From: Auanema rhodensis
Taxonomy: Eukaryota; Animalia; Nematoda
Length of the DNA stretch: 64,000 nt
Direction: 5' to 3'
Assembly: GCA_964057225.1 (NCBI GenBank)
Contig: OZ059900.1
Coordinates: 4,588,001-4,652,000, forward strand
The notes below the pieces were generated by a model that saw nothing but the letters and a program-made list of their open reading frames with translations, was not told where the DNA came from and searched no databases. Of this stretch, positions 29,301 through 39,981 are shown in pieces (the stretch's first letter is position 1; every line of letters begins with the position of its first letter). The translations under genes were made by a program, and so were the position numbers.

Positions 29301-30827
29301 TGCATCAAACCCATTAAGATTGTGTTTCTAGACTAATATGACCATGAGAAATTCATTTAAGTTCACAGTATTCTTCTATCTTTAACGGTATCCGAGTTAC
29401 AAATCAAGATCACTTTCTTTGGATACTTAGGTGGTATAGCTACCTGTTCACAAAAAATTGGAAGTCTTGGTTACCATGCATCAAATCCTTTAAGATAGTG
29501 TTTCTAGACTAATATAACCATGGGGACTTCATTAAATTTCACAGTATTCTTCTATCTTCAACGGTATCCGAGTTACAAATCAAGATCACTTTCTTTGGAT
29601 ACTTAGGTGGTATAGCTACCTGTTCACAAAAAATTGGAAGTCTTGGTTACCATGCATCAAATCCTTTAAGATAGTGTTTCTAGACTAATATAACCATGGG
29701 GACTTCATTAAATTTCACAGTATTCTTCTATCTTCAACGGTATCCGAGTTACAAATCAAGATCACTTTCTTTGGATACTTAGGTGGTATAGCTACCTGTT
29801 CACAAAAAATTGGAAGTCCTGGTTACCATGCATCAAACCCATTAAGATTGTGTTTCTAGACTAATATGACCATGATGACTTCATTAAATTTCACAGTATT
29901 CTTCTATCTTCAACGGTATCCGAGTTACAAATCAAGATCACTTTCTTTGGATACTTAGGTGGTATAGCTACCTGTTCACAAAAAATTGGAAGTCCTGGTT
30001 ACCATGCATCAAACCCATTAAGATAGTGTTTCTAGACTAATATAACCATGGGGACTTCATTAAAATTAACAGTATTCTTCTATCTTCAACGGTATCCGAG
30101 TTACAAATCAAGATCACTTTCTTTGGATACTTAGGTGGTATAGCTACCTGTTCACAAAAAATTGGAAGTCCTGGTTACCATGCATCAAACCCATTAAGAT
30201 TGTGTTTCTAGACTAATATGACCATGATGACTTCATTAAATTTCACAGTATTCTTCTATCTTCAACGGTATCCGAGTTACAAATCAAGATCACTTTCTTT
30301 GGATACTTAGGTGGTATAGCTACCTGTTCACAAAAAATTGGAAGTCCTGCTTACCATGCATCAAACCCATTAAGATTGTGTTTCTAGACTAATATGACCA
30401 TGAGAAATTCATTTAAGTTCACAGTATTCTTCTATCTTCAACGGTATCCGAGTTACAAATCAAGATCACTTTCCTTGGATACTTAGGTGGTATAGCTACC
30501 TGTTCACAAAAAATTGGAAGTCCTGGTTACCATGCATCAAACCCATTAAGATTGTGTTTCTAGACTAATATAACCATGGGGACTTCATTAAATTTCACAG
30601 TATTCTTTTATCTTTAACGGTATCCGAGTTACAAATCAAGATCACTTTCTTTGGATACTTAGGTGGTATAGCTACCTGTTCACAAAAAATTGGAACTCCT
30701 GGTTACCATGCATCGAACCCATTAAGATTGTGTTTCTAGACTAATATGACCATGGGAAATTCATTTAAGTTCACAGTAGTCTTCTATCTTTAACGGTATC
30801 CGAGTTACAAATCAAGATCACTTTCTT
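23370..30827 (+). repeat. Copy 1 of a ~7-kb segmental duplication within the satellite
   Basis: Rare markers occur in the same order as in 33052-39981: agtcttc, ttcccaaa (monomer 23456), ccgaaatac, cttcggtgg, catcacatcc monomers, two 177-bp monomers, taatgg, gaaaaattc, agacag, ttcaaaaaaaa, ctgcttacc, ggaactc. Confidence 0.9.
24336..27153 (+). repeat. 8-monomer (1409 bp) tandem duplication containing the catcacatcctttgag/gaagac/ggatagtt monomer type
   Basis: 177-bp monomers start at 24688 and 26097. catcacatcc monomers occur at 24336/25745 and 25041/26450, and gatgatttc monomers at 25217/26626. Confidence 0.85.
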
Positions 30828-33050
30828 CGGATACTTAGGTGGTATAGTTAACTGTTCACATAAAATTGGAAGTCTTGGTTACCATGCATCAAACCCATTA
30901 AGTTAGTGTTTTTAGACTAATATGACCATGGAGAATTCATTAAAATGTACAGTATTCTTCTATCTTTAACGGGCACCGAGTTACAAATCAAGATCCCTTT
31001 CTTTAGATACTTAGGTGGTATAGTTAACTGTTCACATAAAATTGGAAGTCTTGGTTACCATGCATCAAACCCATTAAGTTAGTGTTTTTAGACTAATATG
31101 ACCATGGAGAATTCATTAAAATGTACAGTATTCTTCTATCTTTAACGGGCACCGAGTTACAAATCAAGATCCCTTTCTTTAGATACTTAGGTGGTATAGT
31201 TAACTGTTCACATAAAATTGGAAGTCCTGGCTACCATGCATCAAACACAATAAGATAGTGTTTTTAGACTAATATGACCATGGAGAATTCATTAAAATGT
31301 ACAGTATTCTTCTATCTTTAACGGGCACCAAGTTACAAATCAAGATCACTTTCTTCGGATACTTAGGTGGTATAGTTAACTCTTCACATAAAATTGGAAG
31401 TCCTGGCTACCATGCATCAAACACAATAAGATAGTGTTTTTAGACTAATATGACCATGGAGAATTCATTAAAATGTACAGTATTCTTCTATCTTTAACGG
31501 GCACCGAGTTACAAATCAAGATCCCTTTCTTTAGATACTTAGGTGGTATAGTTAACTGTTCACATAAAATTGGAAGTCCTGGCTACCATGCATCAAACAC
31601 AATAAGATAGTGTTTTTAGACTAATATGACCATGGAGAATTCATTAAAATGTACAGTATTCTTCTATCTTTAACGGGCACCGAGTTACAAATCAAGATCC
31701 CTTTCTTTAGATACTTAGGTGGTATAGTTAACTGTTCACATAAAATTGGAAGTCCTGGCTACCATGCATCAAACACAATAAGATAGTGTTTTTAGACTAA
31801 TATGACCATGGAGAATTCATTAAAATGTACAGTATTCTTCTATCTTTAACGGGCACCGAGTTACAAATCAAGATCCCTTTCTTTAGATACTTAGGTGGTA
31901 TAGTTAACTGTTCACATAAAATTGGAAGTCCTGGCTACCATGCATCAAACACAATAAGATAGTGTTTTTAGACTAATATGACCATGGAGAATTCATTAAA
32001 ATGTACAGTATTCTTCTATCTTTAACGGGCACCAAGTTACAAATCAAGATCACTTTCTTCGGATACTTAGGTGGTATAGTTAACTCTTCACATAAAATTG
32101 GAAGTCCTGGCTACCATGCATCAAACACAATAAGATAGTGTTTTTAGACTAATATGACCATGGAGAATTTATTAAAATGTACAGTATTCTTCTATCTTTA
32201 ACGGGCACCAAGTTACAAATCAAGATCACTTTCTTTAGATACTTAGGTAGTATAGTTAACTCTTCACATAAAATTGGAAGTCCTGGCTACCATGCATCAA
32301 ACACAATAAGATAGTGTTTTTAGACTAATATGACCATGGAGAATTCATTAAAATGTACAGTATTCTTCTATCTTTAACGGGCACCAAGTTACAAATCAAG
32401 ATCACTTTCTTCGGATACTTAGGTGGTATAGTTAACTCTTCACATAAAATTGGAAGTCCTGGCTACCATGCATCAAACACAATAAGATAGTGTTTTTAGA
32501 CTAATATGACCATGGAGAATTTATTAAAATGTACAGTATTCTTCTATCTTTAACGGGCACCAAGTTACAAATCAAGATCACTTTCTTTAGATACTTAGGT
32601 GGTATAGTTAACTGTTCACATAAAATTGGAAGTCCTGGCTACCATGCATCAAACACAATAAGATAGTGTTTTTAGACTAATATGACCATGGAAAATTTAT
32701 TAAAATGTACAGTATTCTTCTATCTTTAACGGGCACCGAGTTACAAATCAAGATCACTTTCTTCGGATACTTAGGTGGTATAGTTAACTGTTCACATAAA
32801 ATTGGAAGTCTTGGTTACCATGCATCAAACCCATTAAGTTAGTGTTTTTAGACTAATATGACCATGGAGAATTCATTAAAATGTACAGTATTCTTCTATC
32901 TTTAACGGGCACCGAGTTACAAATCAAGATCCCTTTCTTTAGATACTTAGGTGGTATAGTTAACTGTTCACATAAAATTGGAAGTCTTGGTTACCATGCA
33001 TCAAACCCATTAAGTTAGTGTTTTTAGACTAATATGACCATGGAGAATTC
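30828..33050 (+). repeat. Block of ~12.6 monomers of a divergent 176-bp subfamily (~12-14 differences per monomer)
   Basis: Diagnostic variants: tagttaac (vs tagctacc), cacataaaatt, ggctacc, tttttagact, ggagaatt, aaaatgtacag, aacgggcacc (vs aacggtatcc), gatccctt, tttagatac/ttcggatac. Monomers start at 30850 + 176n up to 32962. This combination is not seen elsewhere in the window. Confidence 0.95.
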
Positions 33051-33051
33051 A

Positions 33052-36000
33052 TTAAAATTAACAGTCTTCTTCTATCTTCAACGGTATCCGAGTTACAGAT
33101 CAAGATCACTTTCTTTGGATACTTAGGTGATATAGCTACCTGTTCCCAAAAAATTGGAAGTCTTGGTTACCATGCATCAAACACAATACGATAGTGTTTC
33201 TAGACTAATATGACCATGGGGACTTCATTAAAATTAACAGTATTCTTTTATCTTTAACGGTATCCGAAATACAAATCAAGATCACTTTCTTTGGATACTT
33301 AGGTGGTATAGCTACCTGTTCACAAAAAATTGGAAGTCTTGGTTACCATGCATCAAATCCTTTAAGATAGTGTTTCTAGACTAATATAACCATGGGGACT
33401 TCATTAAAATTAACAGTATTCTTTTATCTTTAACGGTATCCGAGTTACAAATCAAGATCACTCTCTTTGGATACTTAGGTGGTATAGCTACCTGTTCACA
33501 AAAAATTGGAAGTCCTGGTTACCATGCATCAAACCCATTAAGATTGTGTTTCTAGACTAATATGACCATGAGAAATTCATTTAAGTTCACAGTATTCTTC
33601 TATCTTTAATGGTATCCGAGTTACAAATCAAGATCACTTTCTTTGGATACTTCGGTGGTATAGCTACCTGTTCACAAAAAATTGGAAGTCCTGGTTACCA
33701 TGCATCGAACCCATTAAGATTGTGTTTCTAGACTAATATGACCATGGGAAATTCATTTAAGTTCACAGTAGTCTTCTATCTTTAACGGTATCCGAGTTAC
33801 AAATCAAGATCACTTTCTTTGGATACTTAGGTGGTATAGCTACCTGTTCACAAAAAATTGGAAGTCCTGGTTACCATGCATCAAACCCATTAAGATTGTG
33901 TTTCTAGACTAATATGACCATGATGACTTCATTAAATTTCACAGTATTCTTCTATCTTCAACGGTATCCGAGTTACAAATCAAGATCACTTTCTTTGGAT
34001 AGTTAGGTGGTATAGCTACCTGTTCACAAAAAATTGGAAGTCTTGGTTACCATGCATCACATCCTTTGAGATAGTGTTTCTAGACTAATATGACCATGAA
34101 GACTTCATTAAAGTTCACAGTATTCTTCCATCTTTAACGGTATCCGAGTTACAAATCAAGATCACTTTCTTTGGATACTTAGGTGGTATAGCTACCTGTT
34201 CACAAAAAATTGGAAGTCCTGGTTACCATGCATCAAACCCATTAAGATTGTGTTTCTAGACTAATATGACCATGAGAAATTAATTTAAGTTCACAGTATT
34301 CTTCTATCTTTAACGGTATCCGAGTTACAAATCAAGATCACTTTCTTTGGATACTTAGGTGGTATAGCTACCTGTTCACAAAAAATTGGAAGTCCTATTT
34401 ACCCATGCATCAAACACAATACGATAGTGTTTCTAGACTAATATGACCATGGGGAGTTCATTTAAATTAACAGTATTCTTTTATCTTTAACGGTATCCGA
34501 GTTACAAATCAAGATCACTCTCTTTGGATACTTAGGTGGTATAGCTACCTGTTCACAAAAAATTGGAAGTCTTGGTTACCATGCATCAAATCCTTTAAGA
34601 TAGTGTTTCTAGACTAATATAACCATGGAGACTTCATTAAATTTCACAGTATTCTTCTATCTTCAACGGTATCCGAGTTACAAATCAAGATCACTTTCTT
34701 TGGATAGTTAGGTGGTATAGCTACCTGTTCACAAAAAATTGGAAGTCTTGGTTACCATGCATCACATCCTTTGAGATAGTGTTTCTAGACTAATATGACC
34801 ATGAAGACTTCATTAAAGTTCACAGTATTCTTCCATCTTCAACGGTATCCGAGTTACAAATCAAGATCACTTTCTTTGGATAGTTAGGTGGTATAGCTAC
34901 CTGTTCACAAAAAATTGGAAGTCTTGGTTACCATGCATCAAACCCATTAAGATTGTGTTTCTAGACTAATATGACCATGAGAAATTAATTTAAGTTCACA
35001 GTATTCTTCTATCTTTAACGGTATCCGAGTTACAAATCAAGATCACTTTCTTTGGATACTTAGGTGGTATAGCTACCTGTTCACAAAAAATTGGAAGTCC
35101 TATTTACCCATGCATCAAACACAATACGATAGTGTTTCTAGACTAATATGACCATGGGGAGTTCATTTAAATTAACAGTATTCTTTTATCTTTAACGGTA
35201 TCCGAGTTACAAATCAAGATCACTCTCTTTGGATACTTAGGTGGTATAGCTACCTGTTCACAAAAAATTGGAAGTCTTGGTTACCATGCATCAAATCCTT
35301 TAAGATAGTGTTTCTAGACTAATATAACCATGGAGACTTCATTAAATTTCACAGTATTCTTCTATCTTCAACGGTATCCGAGTTACAAATCAAGATCACT
35401 TTCTTTGGATAGTTAGGTGGTATAGCTACCTGTTCACAAAAAATTGGAAGTCTTGGTTACCATGCATCACATCCTTTGAGATAGTGTTTCTAGACTAATA
35501 TGACCATGAAGACTTCATTAAAGTTCACAGTATTCTTCCATCTTCAACGGTATCCGAGTTACAAATCAAGATCACTTTCTTTGGATAGTTAGGTGGTATA
35601 GCTACCTGTTCACAAAAAATTGGAAGTCTTGGTTACCATGCATCAAACCCATTAAGATTGTGTTTCTAGACTAATATGACCATGATGATTTCATTAAATT
35701 TCACAGTATTCTTCTATCTTCAACGGTATCCGAGTTACAAATCAAGATCACTTTCTTTGGATACTTAGGTGGTATAGCTACCTGTTCACAAAAAATTGGA
35801 AGTCCTGGTTACCATGCATCAAACCCATTAAGATTGTGTTTCTAGACTAATATGACCATGAGAAATTAATTTAAGTTCACAGTATTCTTCTATCTTTAAC
35901 GGTATCCGAGTTACAAATCAAGATCACTTTCTTTGGATACTTAGGTGGTATAGCTACCTGTTCACAAAAAATTGGAAGTCCTATTTACCATGCATCAAAC

Positions 36001-39000
36001 ACAATACGATAGTGTTTCTAGACTAATATGACCATGGGGACTTCATTAAAATTAACAGTATTCTTTTATCTTTAACGGTATCCGAGTTACAAATCAAGAT
36101 CACTTTCTTTGGATACTTAGGTGGTATAGCTACCTGTTCACAAAAAATTGGAAGTCTTGGTTACCATGCATCAAATCCTTTAAGATAGTGTTTCTAGACT
36201 AATATAACAATGGGGACTTCATCAAATTTCACAGTATTCTTCTATCTTCAACGGTATCCGAGTTACAAATCAAGATCACTTTCTTTGGATACTTAGGTGG
36301 TATAGCTACCTGTTCACAAAAAATTGGAAGTCCTGGTTACCATGCATCAAACCCATTAAGATTGTGTTTCTAGACTAATATGACCATGATGACTTCATTA
36401 AATTTCACAGTATTCTTCTATCTTTAATGGTATCCGAGTTACAAATCAAGATCACTTTCTTTGGATACTTAGGTGATATAGCTACCTGTTCACAAAAAAT
36501 TGGAAGTCCTATTTACCATGCATCAAACACAATACGATAGTGTTTCTAGACTAATATGACCATGAAAAATTCATTTAAGTTCACAGTATTCTTCTATCTT
36601 TAACGGTATCCGAGTTACAAATCAAGATCACTTTCTTTGGATACTTAGGTGGTATAGCTACCTGTTCCCAAAAAATTGGAAGTCTTGGTTACCATGCATC
36701 AAATCCTTTAAGACAGTGTTTCTAGACTAATATAACCATGGGGACTTCATTAAATTTCACAGTATTCTTCTATCTTCAACGGTATCCGAGTTACAAATCA
36801 AGATCACTTTCTTTGGATACTTAGGTGGTATAGCTACCTGTTCCCAAAAAATTGGAAGTCTTGGTTACCATGCATCAAATCCTTTAAGACAGTGTTTCTA
36901 GACTAATATAACCATGGGGACTTCATTAAATTTCACAGTATTCTTCTATCTTCAACGGTATCCGAGTTACAAATCAAGATCACTTTCTTTGGATACTTAG
37001 GTGGTATAGCTACCTGTTCAAAAAAAATTGGAAGTCCTGGTTACCATGCATCAAACCCATTAAGATTGTGTTTCTAGACTAATATGACCATGAGAAATTC
37101 ATTTAAGTTCACAGTATTCTTCTATCTTTAACGGTATCCGAGTTACAAATCAAGATCACTTTCTTTGGATACTTAGGTGGTATAGCTACCTGTTCACAAA
37201 AAATTGGAAGTCTTGGTTACCATGCATCAAATCCTTTAAGATAGTGTTTCTAAACTAATATAACCATGGGGACTTCATTAAAATTAACAGTATTCTTTTA
37301 TCTTCAACGGTATCCGAGTTACAAATCAAGATCACTTTCTTTGGATACTTAGGTGGTATAGCTACCTGTTCACAAAAAATTGGAAGTCCTGGTTACCATG
37401 CATCAAACCCATTAAGATTGTGTTTCTAGACTAATATGACCATGAGAAATTTATTTAAGTTCACAGTATTCTTCTATCTTTAACGGTATCCGAGTTACAA
37501 ATCAAGATCACTTTCTTTGGATACTTAGGTGGTATAGCTACCTGTTCACAAAAAATTGGAAGTCCTGGTTACCATGCATCAAACCCATTAAGATTGTGTT
37601 TCTAGACTAATATGACCATGAGAAATTCATTTAAGTTCACAGTATTCTTCTATCTTTAACGTTATCCGAGTTACAAATCAAGATCACTTTCTTTGGATAC
37701 TTAGGTGGTATAGCTACCTGTTCACAAAAAATTGGAAGTCTTGGTTACCATGCATCAAATCCTTTAAGATAGTGTTTCTAGACTAATATAACCATGGGGA
37801 CTTCATTAAATTTCACAGTATTCTTCTATCTTTAACGGTATCCGAGTTACAAATCAAGATCACTTTCTTTGGATACTTAGGTGGTATAGCTACCTGTTCA
37901 CAAAAAATTGGAAGTCTTGGTTACCATGCATCAAATCCTTTAAGATAGTGTTTCTAAACTAATATAACCATGGGGACTTCATTGAAATTAACAGTATTCT
38001 TTTATCTTCAACGGTATCCGAGTTACAAATCAAGATCACTTTCTTTGGATACTTAGGTGGTATAGCTACCTGTTCACAAAAAATTGGAAGTCCTGGTTAC
38101 CATGCATCAAACCCATTAAGATTGTGTTTCTAGACTAATATGACCATGAGAAATTCATTTAAGTTCACAGTATTCTTCTATCTTTAACGGTATCCGAGTT
38201 ACAAATCAAGATCACTTTCTTTGGATACTTAGGTGGTATAGCTACCTGTTCACAAAAAATTGGAAGTCCTGGTTACCATGCATCAAACCCATTAAGATTG
38301 TGTTTCTAGACTAATATGACCATGATGACTTCATTAAATTTCACAGTATTCTTCTATCTTCAACGGTATCCGAGTTACAAATCAAGATCACTTTCTTTGG
38401 ATACTTAGGTGGTATAGCTACCTGTTCACAAAAAATTGGAAGTCCTGGTTACCATGCATCAAACCCATTAAGATTGTGTTTCTAGACTAATATGACCATG
38501 AGAAATTCATTTAAGTTCACAGTATTCTTCTATCTTTAACGGTATCCGAGTTACAAATCAAGATCACTTTCTTTGGATACTTAGGTGGTATAGCTACCTG
38601 TTCACAAAAAATTGGAAGTCTTGGTTACCATGCATCAAATCCTTTAAGATAGTGTTTCTAGACTAATATAACCATGGGGACTTCATTAAATTTCACAGTA
38701 TTCTTCTATCTTCAACGGTATCCGAGTTACAAATCAAGATCACTTTCTTTGGATACTTAGGTGGTATAGCTACCTGTTCACAAAAAATTGGAAGTCTTGG
38801 TTACCATGCATCAAATCCTTTAAGATAGTGTTTCTAGACTAATATAACCATGGGGACTTCATTAAATTTCACAGTATTCTTCTATCTTCAACGGTATCCG
38901 AGTTACAAATCAAGATCACTTTCTTTGGATACTTAGGTGGTATAGCTACCTGTTCACAAAAAATTGGAAGTCCTGGTTACCATGCATCAAACCCATTAAG

Positions 39001-39981
39001 ATTGTGTTTCTAGACTAATATGACCATGATGACTTCATTAAATTTCACAGTATTCTTCTATCTTCAACGGTATCCGAGTTACAAATCAAGATCACTTTCT
39101 TTGGATACTTAGGTGGTATAGCTACCTGTTCACAAAAAATTGGAAGTCCTGGTTACCATGCATCAAACCCATTAAGATAGTGTTTCTAGACTAATATAAC
39201 CATGGGGACTTCATTAAAATTAACAGTATTCTTCTATCTTCAACGGTATCCGAGTTACAAATCAAGATCACTTTCTTTGGATACTTAGGTGGTATAGCTA
39301 CCTGTTCACAAAAAATTGGAAGTCCTGGTTACCATGCATCAAACCCATTAAGATTGTGTTTCTAGACTAATATGACCATGATGACTTCATTAAATTTCAC
39401 AGTATTCTTCTATCTTCAACGGTATCCGAGTTACAAATCAAGATCACTTTCTTTGGATACTTAGGTGGTATAGCTACCTGTTCACAAAAAATTGGAAGTC
39501 CTGCTTACCATGCATCAAACCCATTAAGATTGTGTTTCTAGACTAATATGACCATGAGAAATTCATTTAAGTTCACAGTATTCTTCTATCTTCAACGGTA
39601 TCCGAGTTACAAATCAAGATCACTTTCCTTGGATACTTAGGTGGTATAGCTACCTGTTCACAAAAAATTGGAAGTCCTGGTTACCATGCATCAAACCCAT
39701 TAAGATTGTGTTTCTAGACTAATATAACCATGGGGACTTCATTAAATTTCACAGTATTCTTTTATCTTTAACGGTATCCGAGTTACAAATCAAGATCACT
39801 TTCTTTGGATACTTAGGTGGTATAGCTACCTGTTCACAAAAAATTGGAACTCCTGGTTACCATGCATCGAACCCATTAAGATTGTGTTTCTAGACTAATA
39901 TGACCATGGGAAATTCATTTAAGTTCACAGTAGTCTTCTATCTTTAACGGTATCCGAGTTACAAATCAAGATCACTTTCTT
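33052..39981 (+). repeat. Copy 2 of the ~7-kb segmental duplication
   Basis: Offset to copy 1 is 9682 at the start (23456 vs 33138) and 9154 at the end (30674 vs 39828). The 528-bp difference is accounted for by -4, -1 and +2 whole monomers. Confidence 0.9.

Noticed and set aside
30956-30975. CENP-B box-like motif (ttctatctttaacgggc) in the divergent subfamily
   Set aside because: It lacks TTCG, and the spacing does not fit NTTCGNNNNANNCGGGN; only the CGGG half matches.
23370-39981. LTR-like mobile element or insertion with target-site duplication
   Set aside because: The flanking direct repeats and the interior are all satellite monomers, with no coding capacity, terminal motifs or short TSD.
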